From: Pyrobaculum calidifontis JCM 11548
Lineage (GTDB): Archaea; Thermoproteota; Thermoprotei; Thermoproteales; Thermoproteaceae
Assembly: GCF_000015805.1 (NCBI RefSeq)
Contig: NC_009073.1
Coordinates: 1,350,001 to 1,382,000, forward strand
DNA: 32,000 nt
Reading direction: 5' to 3'
The notes under the pieces are model-generated. The model was not told the origin of the DNA. It was given only the letters and a program-made list of their open reading frames with translations, and did no database searches. Below, piece after piece: positions 1-7,830 of the stretch (within the stretch, counting starts at the first letter, position 1; every line of letters begins with the position of its first letter). The position numbers were made by a program, and so were the translations under genes.

Positions 1-15
1 CCACTTGGGCCTGTG

Positions 16-35
16 CTTAAAAAGATTTATTCCAC
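16..35 (-). promoter_or_regulatory. GGAATAA-box plus TATA promoter pointing left, out of the window
   Basis: Minus strand reads GTGGAATAAATCTTTTTAAG. The driven gene would start left of position 1. Confidence 0.4.
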
Positions 36-58
36 TAATCTCGGAAAGACTTCCTCCA

Positions 59-77
59 GTGGAATAAGGTATATATA
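59..77 (+). promoter_or_regulatory. GGAATAA-box plus TATA promoter of the DsrE-like gene
   Basis: GTGGAATAAGGTATATATA. TATA is centred ~24 nt upstream of the ATG at 97. Confidence 0.5.
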
Positions 78-96
78 CATGCCCCAAGTCGCCCAC

Positions 97-447
97 ATGC
101 CGGATAAAGTGGCCTTCTTAGCCACAATGCCGCCTGCAGATGGGCCTAGAATTTCTACAATGCTCGGCTACGCCTTGGCAGCCGCCTCTATGGGATTCGA
201 GGTGTTGATTTTCTACACCTTGGACGCAGCCCACATAGTAAAAAAGAAAGTCTTTGAAAAACTAGACCCGCAGATTAGGGAGAGGTTTAAGCAGTGCATG
301 GACATGGGGTGTAAGATGTGGCTGTGCTCCTCGGCCGCGGCCACCTTCAACATAAAAGAGGACGAGGTAGTGGAGGGAGTCAAGATAATGGGCATAGCGA
401 GCTTCTACGAATACGCGGCTGAGGCCAAGGTTGTGCTCACTTGGTGA
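97..447 (+). CDS. DsrE/DsrF-like sulfur-relay family protein
   Basis: ORF-track 13..447 trimmed to the ATG at 97. The TATA tatatata at 70-77 is centred ~24 nt upstream, so the mRNA is leaderless. KVAFLATMPP...GFEVLIFYTLDA...WLCSSAA resembles the DsrE-like (COG2210-type) fold with a conserved Cys. Confidence 0.7.
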   Translation: MPDKVAFLATMPPADGPRISTMLGYALAAASMGFEVLIFYTLDAAHIVKKKVFEKLDPQIRERFKQCMDMGCKMWLCSSAAATFNIKEDEVVEGVKIMGIASFYEYAAEAKVVLTW

Positions 448-928
448 CCTCCACGGCGTCTACGTATCCAAACTTGTTTTTTAACTCTGCCAAGTACTCC
501 TCCGCCCTTTCTCTAATTAGCAAGGCCGCGATCTGGGCCCAGTTGAAGAAGCCCCACTCGAGGGGGACTGTGAACTTCACTGAGAGGAACCCGTAGAGGC
601 CGGACTCGTCGCATTTCACTGGGAATAGAGACATGGCGTAGTTGAGCCTGTACCCAGGCCAGGGGAGGTCCTCCACCTCGCCCAGGAGAGTGGTCTCCCC
701 CTCCGCGTCGGCGCAACCAGCGGTGGTAAAGACGCGTATGTTCAAGTCTATGAAGCCCATCTTGTACCTACTCCCGTCGAGGACCACCAAGGCGTAGAGG
801 TTGACGTCTCGGACCCAGAGGTGTAACTTTTCCGAGGGGTCTTGAAAGACGAGGACTTGGGGAAACTCCCGGAGGTAGACGGGGCGGGAAAAAGACCTTA
901 TCTTTTTTTCAAACTCCTCAAATTCCAT
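437..928 (-). CDS. Uncharacterised ~163-aa protein translationally coupled to dsrB copy 1 (orfX1)
   Basis: ORF-track 437..985 trimmed to the ATG at 928 (MEFEEFEKK...), which overlaps the dsrB1 stop by 11 nt. Divergent homolog of 7822..8322, sharing LFP(V/I)K...Y...KF and Y(L/F)xELK(N/K) blocks at matching positions. Confidence 0.6.
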   Translation of the reverse strand: MEFEEFEKKIRSFSRPVYLREFPQVLVFQDPSEKLHLWVRDVNLYALVVLDGSRYKMGFIDLNIRVFTTAGCADAEGETTLLGEVEDLPWPGYRLNYAMSLFPVKCDESGLYGFLSVKFTVPLEWGFFNWAQIAALLIRERAEEYLAELKNKFGYVDAVEVTK

Positions 929-2075
929 CTCTGAGCCGCGGGTAGACGTCGCCGCGGGATCTGTAGGTGAGGAACGTCCTGGCAAACTCAGGCACTCTCT
1001 GGTAGTAGTCTCTAACCTTGCCGAAGCCCAGCAGATCGAGGAACTTAGTCCACCCCACTCTCTCGATGAAGTCGGCGAGTCTCTCGCCGGGCTGGGCGTG
1101 CTGCCTCCACGTCTCTACTATGTGCTTTACCACGGCCACTATCTCCTCATACCTCGGCGGATTTGCGGGCAACCACGGTATCAACACCCGGCCCAGCCTG
1201 GGGCCAGTGCCAGTGTTAGACATCTTGCCGCCCACGAGTATTGACACGCCCACGTTTTCTGGGTCGTAGTCAAAGGCGTCGCAGTTCTCCTTACACCTGG
1301 CGCAGTTGATGCACTTTTCCCCAATTAGGACGAGCTTTACCTTGTCCCCCTCCCTCCTCAGAGAAAGGGCGCCGGTGGGGCAGACTTGGACTAGGAATAT
1401 CTGCGACTCCGGCAACTTGGCCAAGGCCTTAGGCGGCGGGAGACACATGGGGAGGACCTCCTCGCGTATCTTCGGCGGGGCGCCCCACTGGCCCACTATT
1501 GCTATATCTATAGCTGTGCCGCCAGCGCACATGGCCGGGCAACCGCTGACGAAGACCCTGAGCTTTGCGGGAAGCGGAATCTCGCCAGTGAAGTAGGGCT
1601 TCAGCGCATCGCCGAGGGCCTTGCTAATACTTGGGCTATCCACCACCGCGGTGGTGCACGTCAGATATGCAGTACAGCTGTTGATTCCCCACAAGGCGCC
1701 GCCCCAGCCTCCCACTGGGAAGCCCAGCTTCTCCACCTCCTCCTTGATCTTAAGCGCCTTCTCCAGAGAGTCTGTCAGAAACTCTATGTTGCCTGCCATG
1801 GTCACCCTCAGCGCGCCTATGCCCAACTTGTCCGCAATATCGGCAAATTTGTCCAACGTATCCGCCGAAAGCCTCGCGTTAGGCGGCAACGCGACTTTCA
1901 CAGTGAATATCCTCTCCCCAGTGGCAGAGACGTGCTCAATTATACCATTGCCATGGAACTTCCTATCCACCCACTTTCCATAGTTCCTGAGTATGGCCTC
2001 GGGCAGAAACTTCTCTAAGTCGACGGGGAAGACCTTCTGCAACCTCTCAGCCTTAGACGGGGCGGCGGCGGTCAT
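918..2075 (-). CDS. dsrB: Dissimilatory sulfite reductase-type protein, beta subunit (copy 1)
   Basis: Siroheme/[4Fe-4S] motifs CTAYLTC (Cx5C) and SGCPAMC (Cx3C). Ferredoxin insert CPTGA...CINCARCKENC. 4-nt overlap with dsrA1. Confidence 0.85.
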   Translation of the reverse strand: MTAAAPSKAERLQKVFPVDLEKFLPEAILRNYGKWVDRKFHGNGIIEHVSATGERIFTVKVALPPNARLSADTLDKFADIADKLGIGALRVTMAGNIEFLTDSLEKALKIKEEVEKLGFPVGGWGGALWGINSCTAYLTCTTAVVDSPSISKALGDALKPYFTGEIPLPAKLRVFVSGCPAMCAGGTAIDIAIVGQWGAPPKIREEVLPMCLPPPKALAKLPESQIFLVQVCPTGALSLRREGDKVKLVLIGEKCINCARCKENCDAFDYDPENVGVSILVGGKMSNTGTGPRLGRVLIPWLPANPPRYEEIVAVVKHIVETWRQHAQPGERLADFIERVGWTKFLDLLGFGKVRDYYQRVPEFARTFLTYRSRGDVYPRLRDGI

Positions 2076-3316
2076 ACCCCCACCTTGCCCTTGAGCTCTT
2101 CCACCAGCTTTAGGTACATGTCTCTCTCCTCCTTGGGCAACACTGCGTAGGGCACGTCGTCCGGCGTCTTGGCAATGGACTCGGGCATGCCCTCAAGCTT
2201 AATCCCAGCCTTCTCAATGAACTTGTCCAGCCCAGTCACCAAAATGTAGTCGCCGAGCCTGTACTTGGGCTGAGCCTCGGCCTCCCAGGGGGCAATGACC
2301 TTGAAGGTGAGGTCTATGGCCTCCTTCACCTGGTCCGGCCTTAGGTAGCCGATGAACCAGCCTAGCTTAGGCCCATACCTCCCCTTAACTCCGCCCCCAA
2401 TTACTACAGCGACTTTCCTATTCTTGCCTGGCTTTATGGCTGGGAAGGCTGTGCGGATGCAGTGCATAGACTTTTTGCACTTGCTCCCATCAATCACGAG
2501 CTCTTTCTTCTCGGCGTCCCACCTAATGGCGCCGCTGGGGCAGTTAGCGGCAAGCTTCACCGGGTCCACAACCCCCCTCTCCACAAGCTCCCTAAACTTA
2601 GCCTGATCCACCTCAGGAGCACCCTCCCACACGCCAATGAAGCCTATGTCTGCCCTGTTGGCGCGGGCGCAGTCCAGAGGACAGCCAGATATTTTGATCT
2701 TGAACTTGTAGGGGTAGTTGGGCGTCGCTATGTTGTCGTTGACGCGTTTGTCTTTGTGAAACTCCGCGTACCACTTCAAGGTGTCGAAGAGGGCGAATTC
2801 GCATAGGGCGGGCCCGACGCAGGCGTTGAGGGCTCTTATGGCGTCTCCGCTGCCGCCTACGTCTGTGCCTATGGACCTAAGGGCGTCCACCATCTCCTCT
2901 GCCTTGTCGGGCGTTAGGTTGAGGACAAAGGCGCCGGTCTGCCCCACCACCTCTATAAGTCCCACTCCCAGCTCTCTGGAGATCTTTGTAATCTTTCTTA
3001 TGAAGTCGGTCTTCCAGAACTTGCCTGGGGTGTGGAAGACTCTGAAGTGCACCTCTACGCCGCCGCCTGGAACCCAGTCTCTGGCCCACCGGGATAATAC
3101 CCCCGTGTTTACATAGGCCACCTTGACGGCGCCGGGGCCCCAGGGGGACTTCCTAGCCGCGAGGCCCACGCCGTAGACTCTGAGCGGGTACTGGGTCTTC
3201 CTCAGCTCCGCCACGTGGCTCGGCCAAGGCCCCTTCTCAAGCTCTTTCAATATCTCCTCGGCCCTCTGTAGAAGCTGGTCGGGCGGCGGTAGGTTGGGCG
3301 GTGCTGACATGAGCAT
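2072..3316 (-). CDS. dsrA: Dissimilatory sulfite reductase-type protein, alpha subunit (copy 1)
   Basis: Motifs CVGPALC (Cx5C) and SGCPLDC (Cx3C), plus ferredoxin-like insert CPSGAIRW...CKKSMHC. The second ATG at 3310 fits the TATA spacing better. Confidence 0.85.
   Translation of the reverse strand: MLMSAPPNLPPPDQLLQRAEEILKELEKGPWPSHVAELRKTQYPLRVYGVGLAARKSPWGPGAVKVAYVNTGVLSRWARDWVPGGGVEVHFRVFHTPGKFWKTDFIRKITKISRELGVGLIEVVGQTGAFVLNLTPDKAEEMVDALRSIGTDVGGSGDAIRALNACVGPALCEFALFDTLKWYAEFHKDKRVNDNIATPNYPYKFKIKISGCPLDCARANRADIGFIGVWEGAPEVDQAKFRELVERGVVDPVKLAANCPSGAIRWDAEKKELVIDGSKCKKSMHCIRTAFPAIKPGKNRKVAVVIGGGVKGRYGPKLGWFIGYLRPDQVKEAIDLTFKVIAPWEAEAQPKYRLGDYILVTGLDKFIEKAGIKLEGMPESIAKTPDDVPYAVLPKEERDMYLKLVEELKGKVGV
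2424..2629. repeat. Near-identical 206-nt tract shared with 9771..9976 (dsrA ferredoxin-like insert)
   Basis: By-eye alignment shows about 5 mismatches in 206 nt, all synonymous. Flanking dsrA sequence is much more diverged. Confidence 0.8.
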
Positions 3317-3330
3317 ATCTACGTGCCCCC

Positions 3331-3350
3331 TTTTAAGCCCTATTCCTAAC
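3331..3350 (-). promoter_or_regulatory. GGAATA-box plus TATA promoter of dsrA copy 1
   Basis: Minus strand reads GTTAGGAATAGGGCTTAAAA, 18-24 nt upstream of the ATGs at 3316/3310. Confidence 0.5.
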
Positions 3351-3368
3351 CAACGTGTAACAACTGTT

Positions 3369-3842
3369 TTACACAGATGTACATACGACGCGCAGAGAGG
3401 CTTTTACCCTCTCTGCCACTGGCGAGAGGGCGGCCGCCAGCTCTCCGTCTATTAGCCCGCGTTTGACCAGGTATATGTACAAAAGCTCAACGTCGTTAAG
3501 CGGCATATCGGGCCTGTAGAGCTTAGCCACCTTCTCAACAAGCGCGAGGGCGCGCGGCCCGTCTAGGCCCCACTTCGAGGCCAGCTTATCCACTAAGTAC
3601 CGCCGGGGCCCCTCCCTCTGGATGAGGGCTATGATGCCCATGGGAGTGGCTTTGTAGACCCTCTGCCCCCTAGACGCCGCGGCTGAGGCCAAGAAGCCTC
3701 GCCTTTCGAGTTCCACCACCTTCTTGTAGGTGTAGGAGAAGAAGAGGCGGTTATCGACGGCTATCCTATAAGCTGTCACGGGCTCGCGCATGGCGACATA
3801 AGACAAGATTAGGTACTCCCTCTCGTCGAGTTTATCAAACAT
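3369..3842 (-). CDS. Winged-helix (wHTH) transcriptional regulator, archaeal type
   Basis: N-terminal YLILSYVAMREPVTAYRIAVDNRLFFSYTYKKVVELERRGFL looks like HTH plus wing. Paralog of 4167..4877. Its own promoter carries the GGAATAA box. Confidence 0.55.
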   Translation of the reverse strand: MFDKLDEREYLILSYVAMREPVTAYRIAVDNRLFFSYTYKKVVELERRGFLASAAASRGQRVYKATPMGIIALIQREGPRRYLVDKLASKWGLDGPRALALVEKVAKLYRPDMPLNDVELLYIYLVKRGLIDGELAAALSPVAERVKASLRVVCTSV

Positions 3843-3860
3843 GGAGGTAGGGAGGCAACA

Positions 3861-3880
3861 CTAATTATCTCTTATTCCGC
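3861..3880 (-). promoter_or_regulatory. GGAATAA-box plus TATA promoter of wHTH regulator 3369..3842
   Basis: Minus strand reads GCGGAATAAGAGATAATTAG. TATA is ~23 nt upstream of the ATG at 3842. Confidence 0.5.
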
Positions 3881-3946
3881 CGACGCGGCGGAAGTATTTC
3901 CCCCACCCTTGTAATAACGTTTATAACTATCCAACGGGGTAGGGCC

Positions 3947-4192
3947 ATGTTGACCTACGACGATGTGGTGTCCAAGTTCTGCCTCTGCGACATAGAGATA
4001 TACCTAAAAGTGAAAGACGGCGTGGTGGTCGCTCCCGCCCAGTACGCGGGGAAAAGGGCAGAGGAGGTCCTTAAGGCGGCGAAGGGCGTTGTAGTGAAGA
4101 CGGAGCAAGGCGGATACCTCCACTACTTCGTAATACGTAGGTCTGCCTACCTCAGGAAGACCGCAGTCAAGCCTGCCGCGGCCCTAGCCTAA
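3947..4192 (+). CDS. Small hypothetical protein (81 aa)
   Basis: ATG at 3947 lies 23 nt downstream of TATA tttataac (3920-3927). No recognisable domain. Confidence 0.4.
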   Translation: MLTYDDVVSKFCLCDIEIYLKVKDGVVVAPAQYAGKRAEEVLKAAKGVVVKTEQGGYLHYFVIRRSAYLRKTAVKPAAALA

Positions 4193-4877
4193 TTCTCCCA
4201 ACTATTTTTTCCATCAGCGTGGGGCAGGGGTCTAGGCTACAGTACTTGTCCCGCCCGCACATCTTACAATGGGCAGCGAAGAGCTTGTACCCACCGTCCT
4301 CTTTAAATAACACCGCCGTATACTCCTCATCTCTCACTATAAGCGCTTCGTCAAATATCTTCCTCACCAACGATATAACCGCATAGGCGGCCACTCTGCT
4401 GGCCAACACCGCGTCCCCCCTCTCCATCTGGGAAAAACACTTCTCAAGCCTATTCCCACACCTCGTGGCCAAGTAGGCTCCCACCAGCTCCAGCCCCTCG
4501 AGGGGGGCATCCCCTGCGGCCACCCTCCCGTAGAACTTCAGAAAGGCCTCCACCTCCTCGTCTGAGAAGGACTCCAGCCTAAGCCTCCGCTTGATCTTGG
4601 CCAAGATGAGGGACTTAGGCGCAGTGCCGTAGATCAGCGGGATTAAGAGCCCCCTCACCGTGGCGTAGTACACTGTGGATCTCCCAGCCGACGCGGGCTC
4701 GAGGAGGCGCTGCGCTACGAGCTTATTCACCTTTCTATACACATGAGAGAAGTGCATGTTGAGCCCCCGCGCCACTCTGTACATAGTAACAGGCTCGTTT
4801 ACGGCCACAAAGGACACCATGGCCCTAGCGGTTTCGTCGACCTTTACCCCAACAAGACTAGAAAGTTCGACCAACAT
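4167..4877 (-). CDS. wHTH transcriptional regulator with Cys-rich C-terminal domain
   Basis: N-terminal VAVNEPVTMYRVARGLNMHFSHVYRKVNKLVAQRLL is paralogous to 3369..3842. The C-terminal domain has Cx6C and CKMCGRDKYCSLDPC (Cx2C-x5-C-x4-C). Confidence 0.55.
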   Translation of the reverse strand: MLVELSSLVGVKVDETARAMVSFVAVNEPVTMYRVARGLNMHFSHVYRKVNKLVAQRLLEPASAGRSTVYYATVRGLLIPLIYGTAPKSLILAKIKRRLRLESFSDEEVEAFLKFYGRVAAGDAPLEGLELVGAYLATRCGNRLEKCFSQMERGDAVLASRVAAYAVISLVRKIFDEALIVRDEEYTAVLFKEDGGYKLFAAHCKMCGRDKYCSLDPCPTLMEKIVGRIRLGPRQA

Positions 4878-4959
4878 TAGTAATATGATAGCCGAGGTTA
4901 ATAAACGTTTCTAACAATAATGATCTATCACACAATTTTTTACAAACATACACGTGAAT

Positions 4960-5415
4960 CTATCCGGGCGCATGGTGTAAAAGCTTGTACATCTCCATAT
5001 ACCTCCTCTCGAGGATGTACGCTACTTTCCTAAACTTCTCCACGTCTATGTCGGTGACGCAGACGCAACCCACCTGCCCGCCGCTGGCCTCCACCATGAC
5101 CACTCTCCCCTCGGCCACTCCCAGGAGGATGGCCGACTCCTCGCCTCCATACAGCTCGACGTAGGGGGGCTCCACCGAGACGGGAGAGGCCTTAGACACG
5201 CAGTCGGGGTAGGCTGTGGCCTTGATGGCCTCCACTAGCTCCCCGTCTTCCAAGCACCGGGGCTCCCCCTCCCCCTCGAAGACGAGGAGGTCCCCCTTGA
5301 CCCAGAGCCCGTCCCAGAGGGCCATGTCGTAGCCGCTGGGCTTGCAGGGGCGGCCCCTGGCGCTTATCCATTTGGCCAACAGCTGGAAAAAGTCGGGTAT
5401 TGATACAACGCTCAC
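4960..5415 (-). CDS. Hypothetical Cys-containing protein (151 aa) downstream of tusA
   Basis: GTG start 8 nt after the tusA stop. No recognisable domain. Six Cys residues. Confidence 0.45.
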   Translation of the reverse strand: MSVVSIPDFFQLLAKWISARGRPCKPSGYDMALWDGLWVKGDLLVFEGEGEPRCLEDGELVEAIKATAYPDCVSKASPVSVEPPYVELYGGEESAILLGVAEGRVVMVEASGGQVGCVCVTDIDVEKFRKVAYILERRYMEMYKLLHHAPG

Positions 5416-5422
5416 ACGCCGC

Positions 5423-5650
5423 TTACTTGAGCCTGCGAACTACAATGCGTAGGTACCCCTCGGCGGTTTTCTCAGAGGAGACCACCTCGTGCCCCATGCG
5501 CTTGGCCCACGCCCTTATGTCTGGATCCGCCGCGGGGTCGGTGGCGAGGACCTCCAAGACGTCGCCCACGGGCACCTCGTTTATGGCCTTGGCAGTCTCC
5601 ATAACGGGGATAGGGCAGAACTTCCCCCTCACGTCCAACGTCTTGGGCAT
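5423..5650 (-). CDS. tusA: TusA/SirA-like sulfurtransferase
   Basis: ORF-track 5423..5737 trimmed to the ATG at 5650 (MPKTLDVRGKFCPIPV). Classic LDxRGxxCPxP motif. TATA is 24 nt upstream. Confidence 0.8.
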   Translation of the reverse strand: MPKTLDVRGKFCPIPVMETAKAINEVPVGDVLEVLATDPAADPDIRAWAKRMGHEVVSSEKTAEGYLRIVVRRLK

Positions 5651-5669
5651 AAGGTAAGGGGAGGCTACG

Positions 5670-5688
5670 TTTAAAAGCCTTATTCCAC
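5670..5688 (-). promoter_or_regulatory. GGAATAA-box plus TATA promoter of tusA 5423..5650
   Basis: Minus strand reads GTGGAATAAGGCTTTTAAA. TATA is ~24 nt upstream of the ATG. Confidence 0.55.
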
Positions 5689-5697
5689 AGCCCCTGG

Positions 5698-6126
5698 CTA
5701 CTTCTCGCTTACCTGTTTTAGGTTCTCCTCCATGCAACTGCCCATGGCCTTTAGCAGAGTCACCATGAGGCCCATGGCCTTCTGCACCTCTGGGTCACGC
5801 ATGGCGGAGAGGAGGCCGAAGAGCCCCACACGCGGCGCCCCGTCCTCGGCCACCTGTCTCAACGCCTTGCTGGCGCAGACCACGCCTCCCTGCATGGCGG
5901 CGCCCAAGGCGTTCAAGTCAGCCGAGTCCATTATGGACAACATGGAGATGAGCGGCGCCGCCACTTTGAACACCTGTATGTCCGCCATTAGGTGGGGCAA
6001 CTTCTCCAGCACGATCTTTACTGGGAGGAGGAGGGAGCTCAACTCCTCCACCTCCCTGCGCAGGGCCTGCACCTCCTGCAGAAGTCTCTCGTAGTCGGCC
6101 TTGGGTATTGTGACTACCTCGCTCAT
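5698..6126 (-). CDS. DUF1641-like protein (partner of SQR/NDH-II-type flavoproteins)
   Basis: C-terminal GLFGLLSAMRDPEVQKAMGLMVTLLKAMG resembles the DUF1641 signature. 4-nt overlap with the upstream flavoprotein gene. Confidence 0.6.
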   Translation of the reverse strand: MSEVVTIPKADYERLLQEVQALRREVEELSSLLLPVKIVLEKLPHLMADIQVFKVAAPLISMLSIMDSADLNALGAAMQGGVVCASKALRQVAEDGAPRVGLFGLLSAMRDPEVQKAMGLMVTLLKAMGSCMEENLKQVSEK

Positions 6127-7283
6127 GGCACTACCCCCAGAAGCCAGTTGAAGTACACTTTCTCAAACATCTCCTTGAACAATCGCGTCGCAGGTGCTGG
6201 CGGAAGGAACATGCAGTCGGGGTACGGCTTCTGCTTTTTCACAAACGGCGTGAAGTCGCAGGCAGCGGCCATTCCAAAGGCCCCCACGTCTAAGGCGCAT
6301 GTGCCAACAATTCTAAACGGGGGCTTCCCGAGGTATACGCCGAATAGGTCGGCGGCTATGTTGCTTATAACCCAGGGCATGTAGCTGTGTAGAATTGTCC
6401 CAGCCATCCCCACTGGGACGTTGGGAGCGGCAACGTCGCCTATTACGTATACGTCGTCGTATTTTGCGCTTCTAAAGTCGCCGTTGGCGGGGTTGCGAGG
6501 CGCCGCCCACCCATTTTTAGCCAAGTCACTGTTGAGCACGGGGTCCGGCGCCTTGTGCGGCGGGACAATAAAGGCCGCGTCGAACTTAAACTTCTCCCCG
6601 GTGGTGGTTTCCAGCTCGCTCTTGCCCAAGCTCTTGATTGCCGTGGACTGCCCCACGCCGACGTATTCAATCCCCAGCTGCTGTAGGAAGCCGGACATCC
6701 ACTTGGCCGCCATTGGGCCAAAGTTCTCAAAGGGCCTCTTGAGCGGGTGCACCACAGTTATCTTGACCTTGTCTCTCAGTCCCCGGGTTAGGTAGTAGAA
6801 GTGGGTAAGCATTGCCAGCTCGATGGGGGCTGGCGGACAGCGGTAGGGCAGAGAGTAAACGCCGATGACGATGTGCCCCTGCTTCACCTGGGCGAGGGCC
6901 TCGGCAACCTTGAGAGAAGGCTCTAGCTCCCACGTGTGGGGGAACCCAGTCTCTACGGTCTCTGCGCCGAGGGCCACCACCAACACGTCGTAGGTAAACT
7001 CCCCGGCCGTCGTCTTCACCTTCCTATTGGCCGCGTCTATGGCTGTCACCTTGGCCTTCACAAAATTTACCCCGTGGCGTTTTACGTGCTCAAGAGGGAC
7101 AGAGACTTCCTCCGGCCTCCTGTAGCCAAAAGCCACGTAGAGGTACGAAGGCCTAAAGTCCGTCCTATCCTTGGCGTCTATGAGCGTTATTTCCACATCC
7201 CCCGGCCCAAACCTCTCCCTAAGCTCCTTCACAGTCATTAAGCCGCCAGTTCCACCGCCCAGAACCAACACCTTTTTGGGCAT
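6123..7283 (-). CDS. sqr: Sulfide:quinone oxidoreductase-type FAD flavoprotein
   Basis: KVLVLGGGTGG Rossmann motif. Conserved-Cys contexts PYRCPPAPIE and GTCALDVG, plus VYVIGD. Start moved to the ATG at 7283 (TATA 24 nt upstream). Confidence 0.75.
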   Translation of the reverse strand: MPKKVLVLGGGTGGLMTVKELRERFGPGDVEITLIDAKDRTDFRPSYLYVAFGYRRPEEVSVPLEHVKRHGVNFVKAKVTAIDAANRKVKTTAGEFTYDVLVVALGAETVETGFPHTWELEPSLKVAEALAQVKQGHIVIGVYSLPYRCPPAPIELAMLTHFYYLTRGLRDKVKITVVHPLKRPFENFGPMAAKWMSGFLQQLGIEYVGVGQSTAIKSLGKSELETTTGEKFKFDAAFIVPPHKAPDPVLNSDLAKNGWAAPRNPANGDFRSAKYDDVYVIGDVAAPNVPVGMAGTILHSYMPWVISNIAADLFGVYLGKPPFRIVGTCALDVGAFGMAAACDFTPFVKKQKPYPDCMFLPPAPATRLFKEMFEKVYFNWLLGVVP

Positions 7284-7302
7284 AGACTTCACTTTCCAAA
7301 AA

Positions 7303-7320
7303 GTATTAAAGCATTATTTC
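7303..7320 (-). promoter_or_regulatory. Degenerate (GAAATAA) box plus TATA promoter of sqr
   Basis: Minus strand reads GAAATAATGCTTTAATAC. TATA is ~24 nt upstream of the ATG at 7283. Confidence 0.4.
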
Positions 7321-7369
7321 TCTCGTGTGGTAATAAAAATGTGAAAAATTGCCGGCGTTGTGGGAAGGA

Positions 7370-7792
7370 TTATATAAACAGAGTGACGGAGGCGTCCTTT
7401 GCCCTCTCGAGGAAGGTGGCGGCGCCCACCACCTCGTCCACGAAATCGGCGAGTTGCGCCTTGTCTTTTATGCCAAACATCTCCATGGTGGTAGAGCACG
7501 CGTAGACGCGTACGTTGCCCATGGACTTGGCTTGTCTTATAAGCTCGTGCCACGGCGGGAAGTTCATCTGCTTAACCGCCTGAGCCACCGCGGGGGCATA
7601 CTCTGCGAAGTCGGCCGAGATCTTCATCTGGGACAAGTTCTCCTTCCTAATGGCGTTTAGCCCCCAGAAGGTGAAAAAGAGCTCCACGTCCCAGCCCCCA
7701 GCGGCGGCCGCGCTCGAAAGAATGGCCACGGGGTACAGCTTGTCCACAGTGCCGCTCCACACGATTATTGCAAGCTTGTTTTTCTTTTCCAT
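7370..7792 (-). CDS. dsrE: DsrE3-type DsrE/DsrF-like sulfur carrier protein
   Basis: KLAIIVWSGTVDKLYPVAIL...VELFFTFWGLNAIRK...VYACSTTMEMFGI is typical of COG2210/DsrE3-like proteins with the active Cys. Confidence 0.75.
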   Translation of the reverse strand: MEKKNKLAIIVWSGTVDKLYPVAILSSAAAAGGWDVELFFTFWGLNAIRKENLSQMKISADFAEYAPAVAQAVKQMNFPPWHELIRQAKSMGNVRVYACSTTMEMFGIKDKAQLADFVDEVVGAATFLERAKDASVTLFI

Positions 7793-7810
7793 GCGAAAAA
7801 CTCTCTCTCT

Positions 7811-7830
7811 ATTAATAAGAGTTATTCCAC
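7811..7830 (-). promoter_or_regulatory. GGAATAA-box plus TATA promoter of dsrE 7370..7792
   Basis: Minus strand reads GTGGAATAACTCTTATTAAT and overlaps the stop codon of orfX2. TATA is ~23 nt upstream of the ATG. Confidence 0.55.

Noticed and set aside
66-84. aggtatata(ta)catgccc shared between 66-84 and 10727-10743, considered as a duplication boundary of the dsr modules
   Set aside because: The two sites are not syntenic relative to the modules. The match is short and consists mostly of a TATA-like run plus ATGCCC. Most likely this is chance, with different functional roles (a TATA box at 70-77; sequence abutting the start codon at 10737).
13-96. Upstream extension of the DsrE-like ORF (GTG at 13, ATG at 79)
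   Set aside because: The extension would contain both GGAATAA-TATA promoter elements. The ATG at 97 sits at the leaderless distance from the TATA at 70-77 and gives a typical ~116-aa DsrE-like protein.
664-687. Shared heptapeptide LGEVEDL in orfX1 and orfX2 (the second at about 8240-8263)
   Set aside because: It occurs at non-equivalent positions (about residue 95 versus about residue 22) and is encoded by different codons. I treat it as coincidence, not as evidence of homology or a repeat. Homology rests on the other, collinear blocks.
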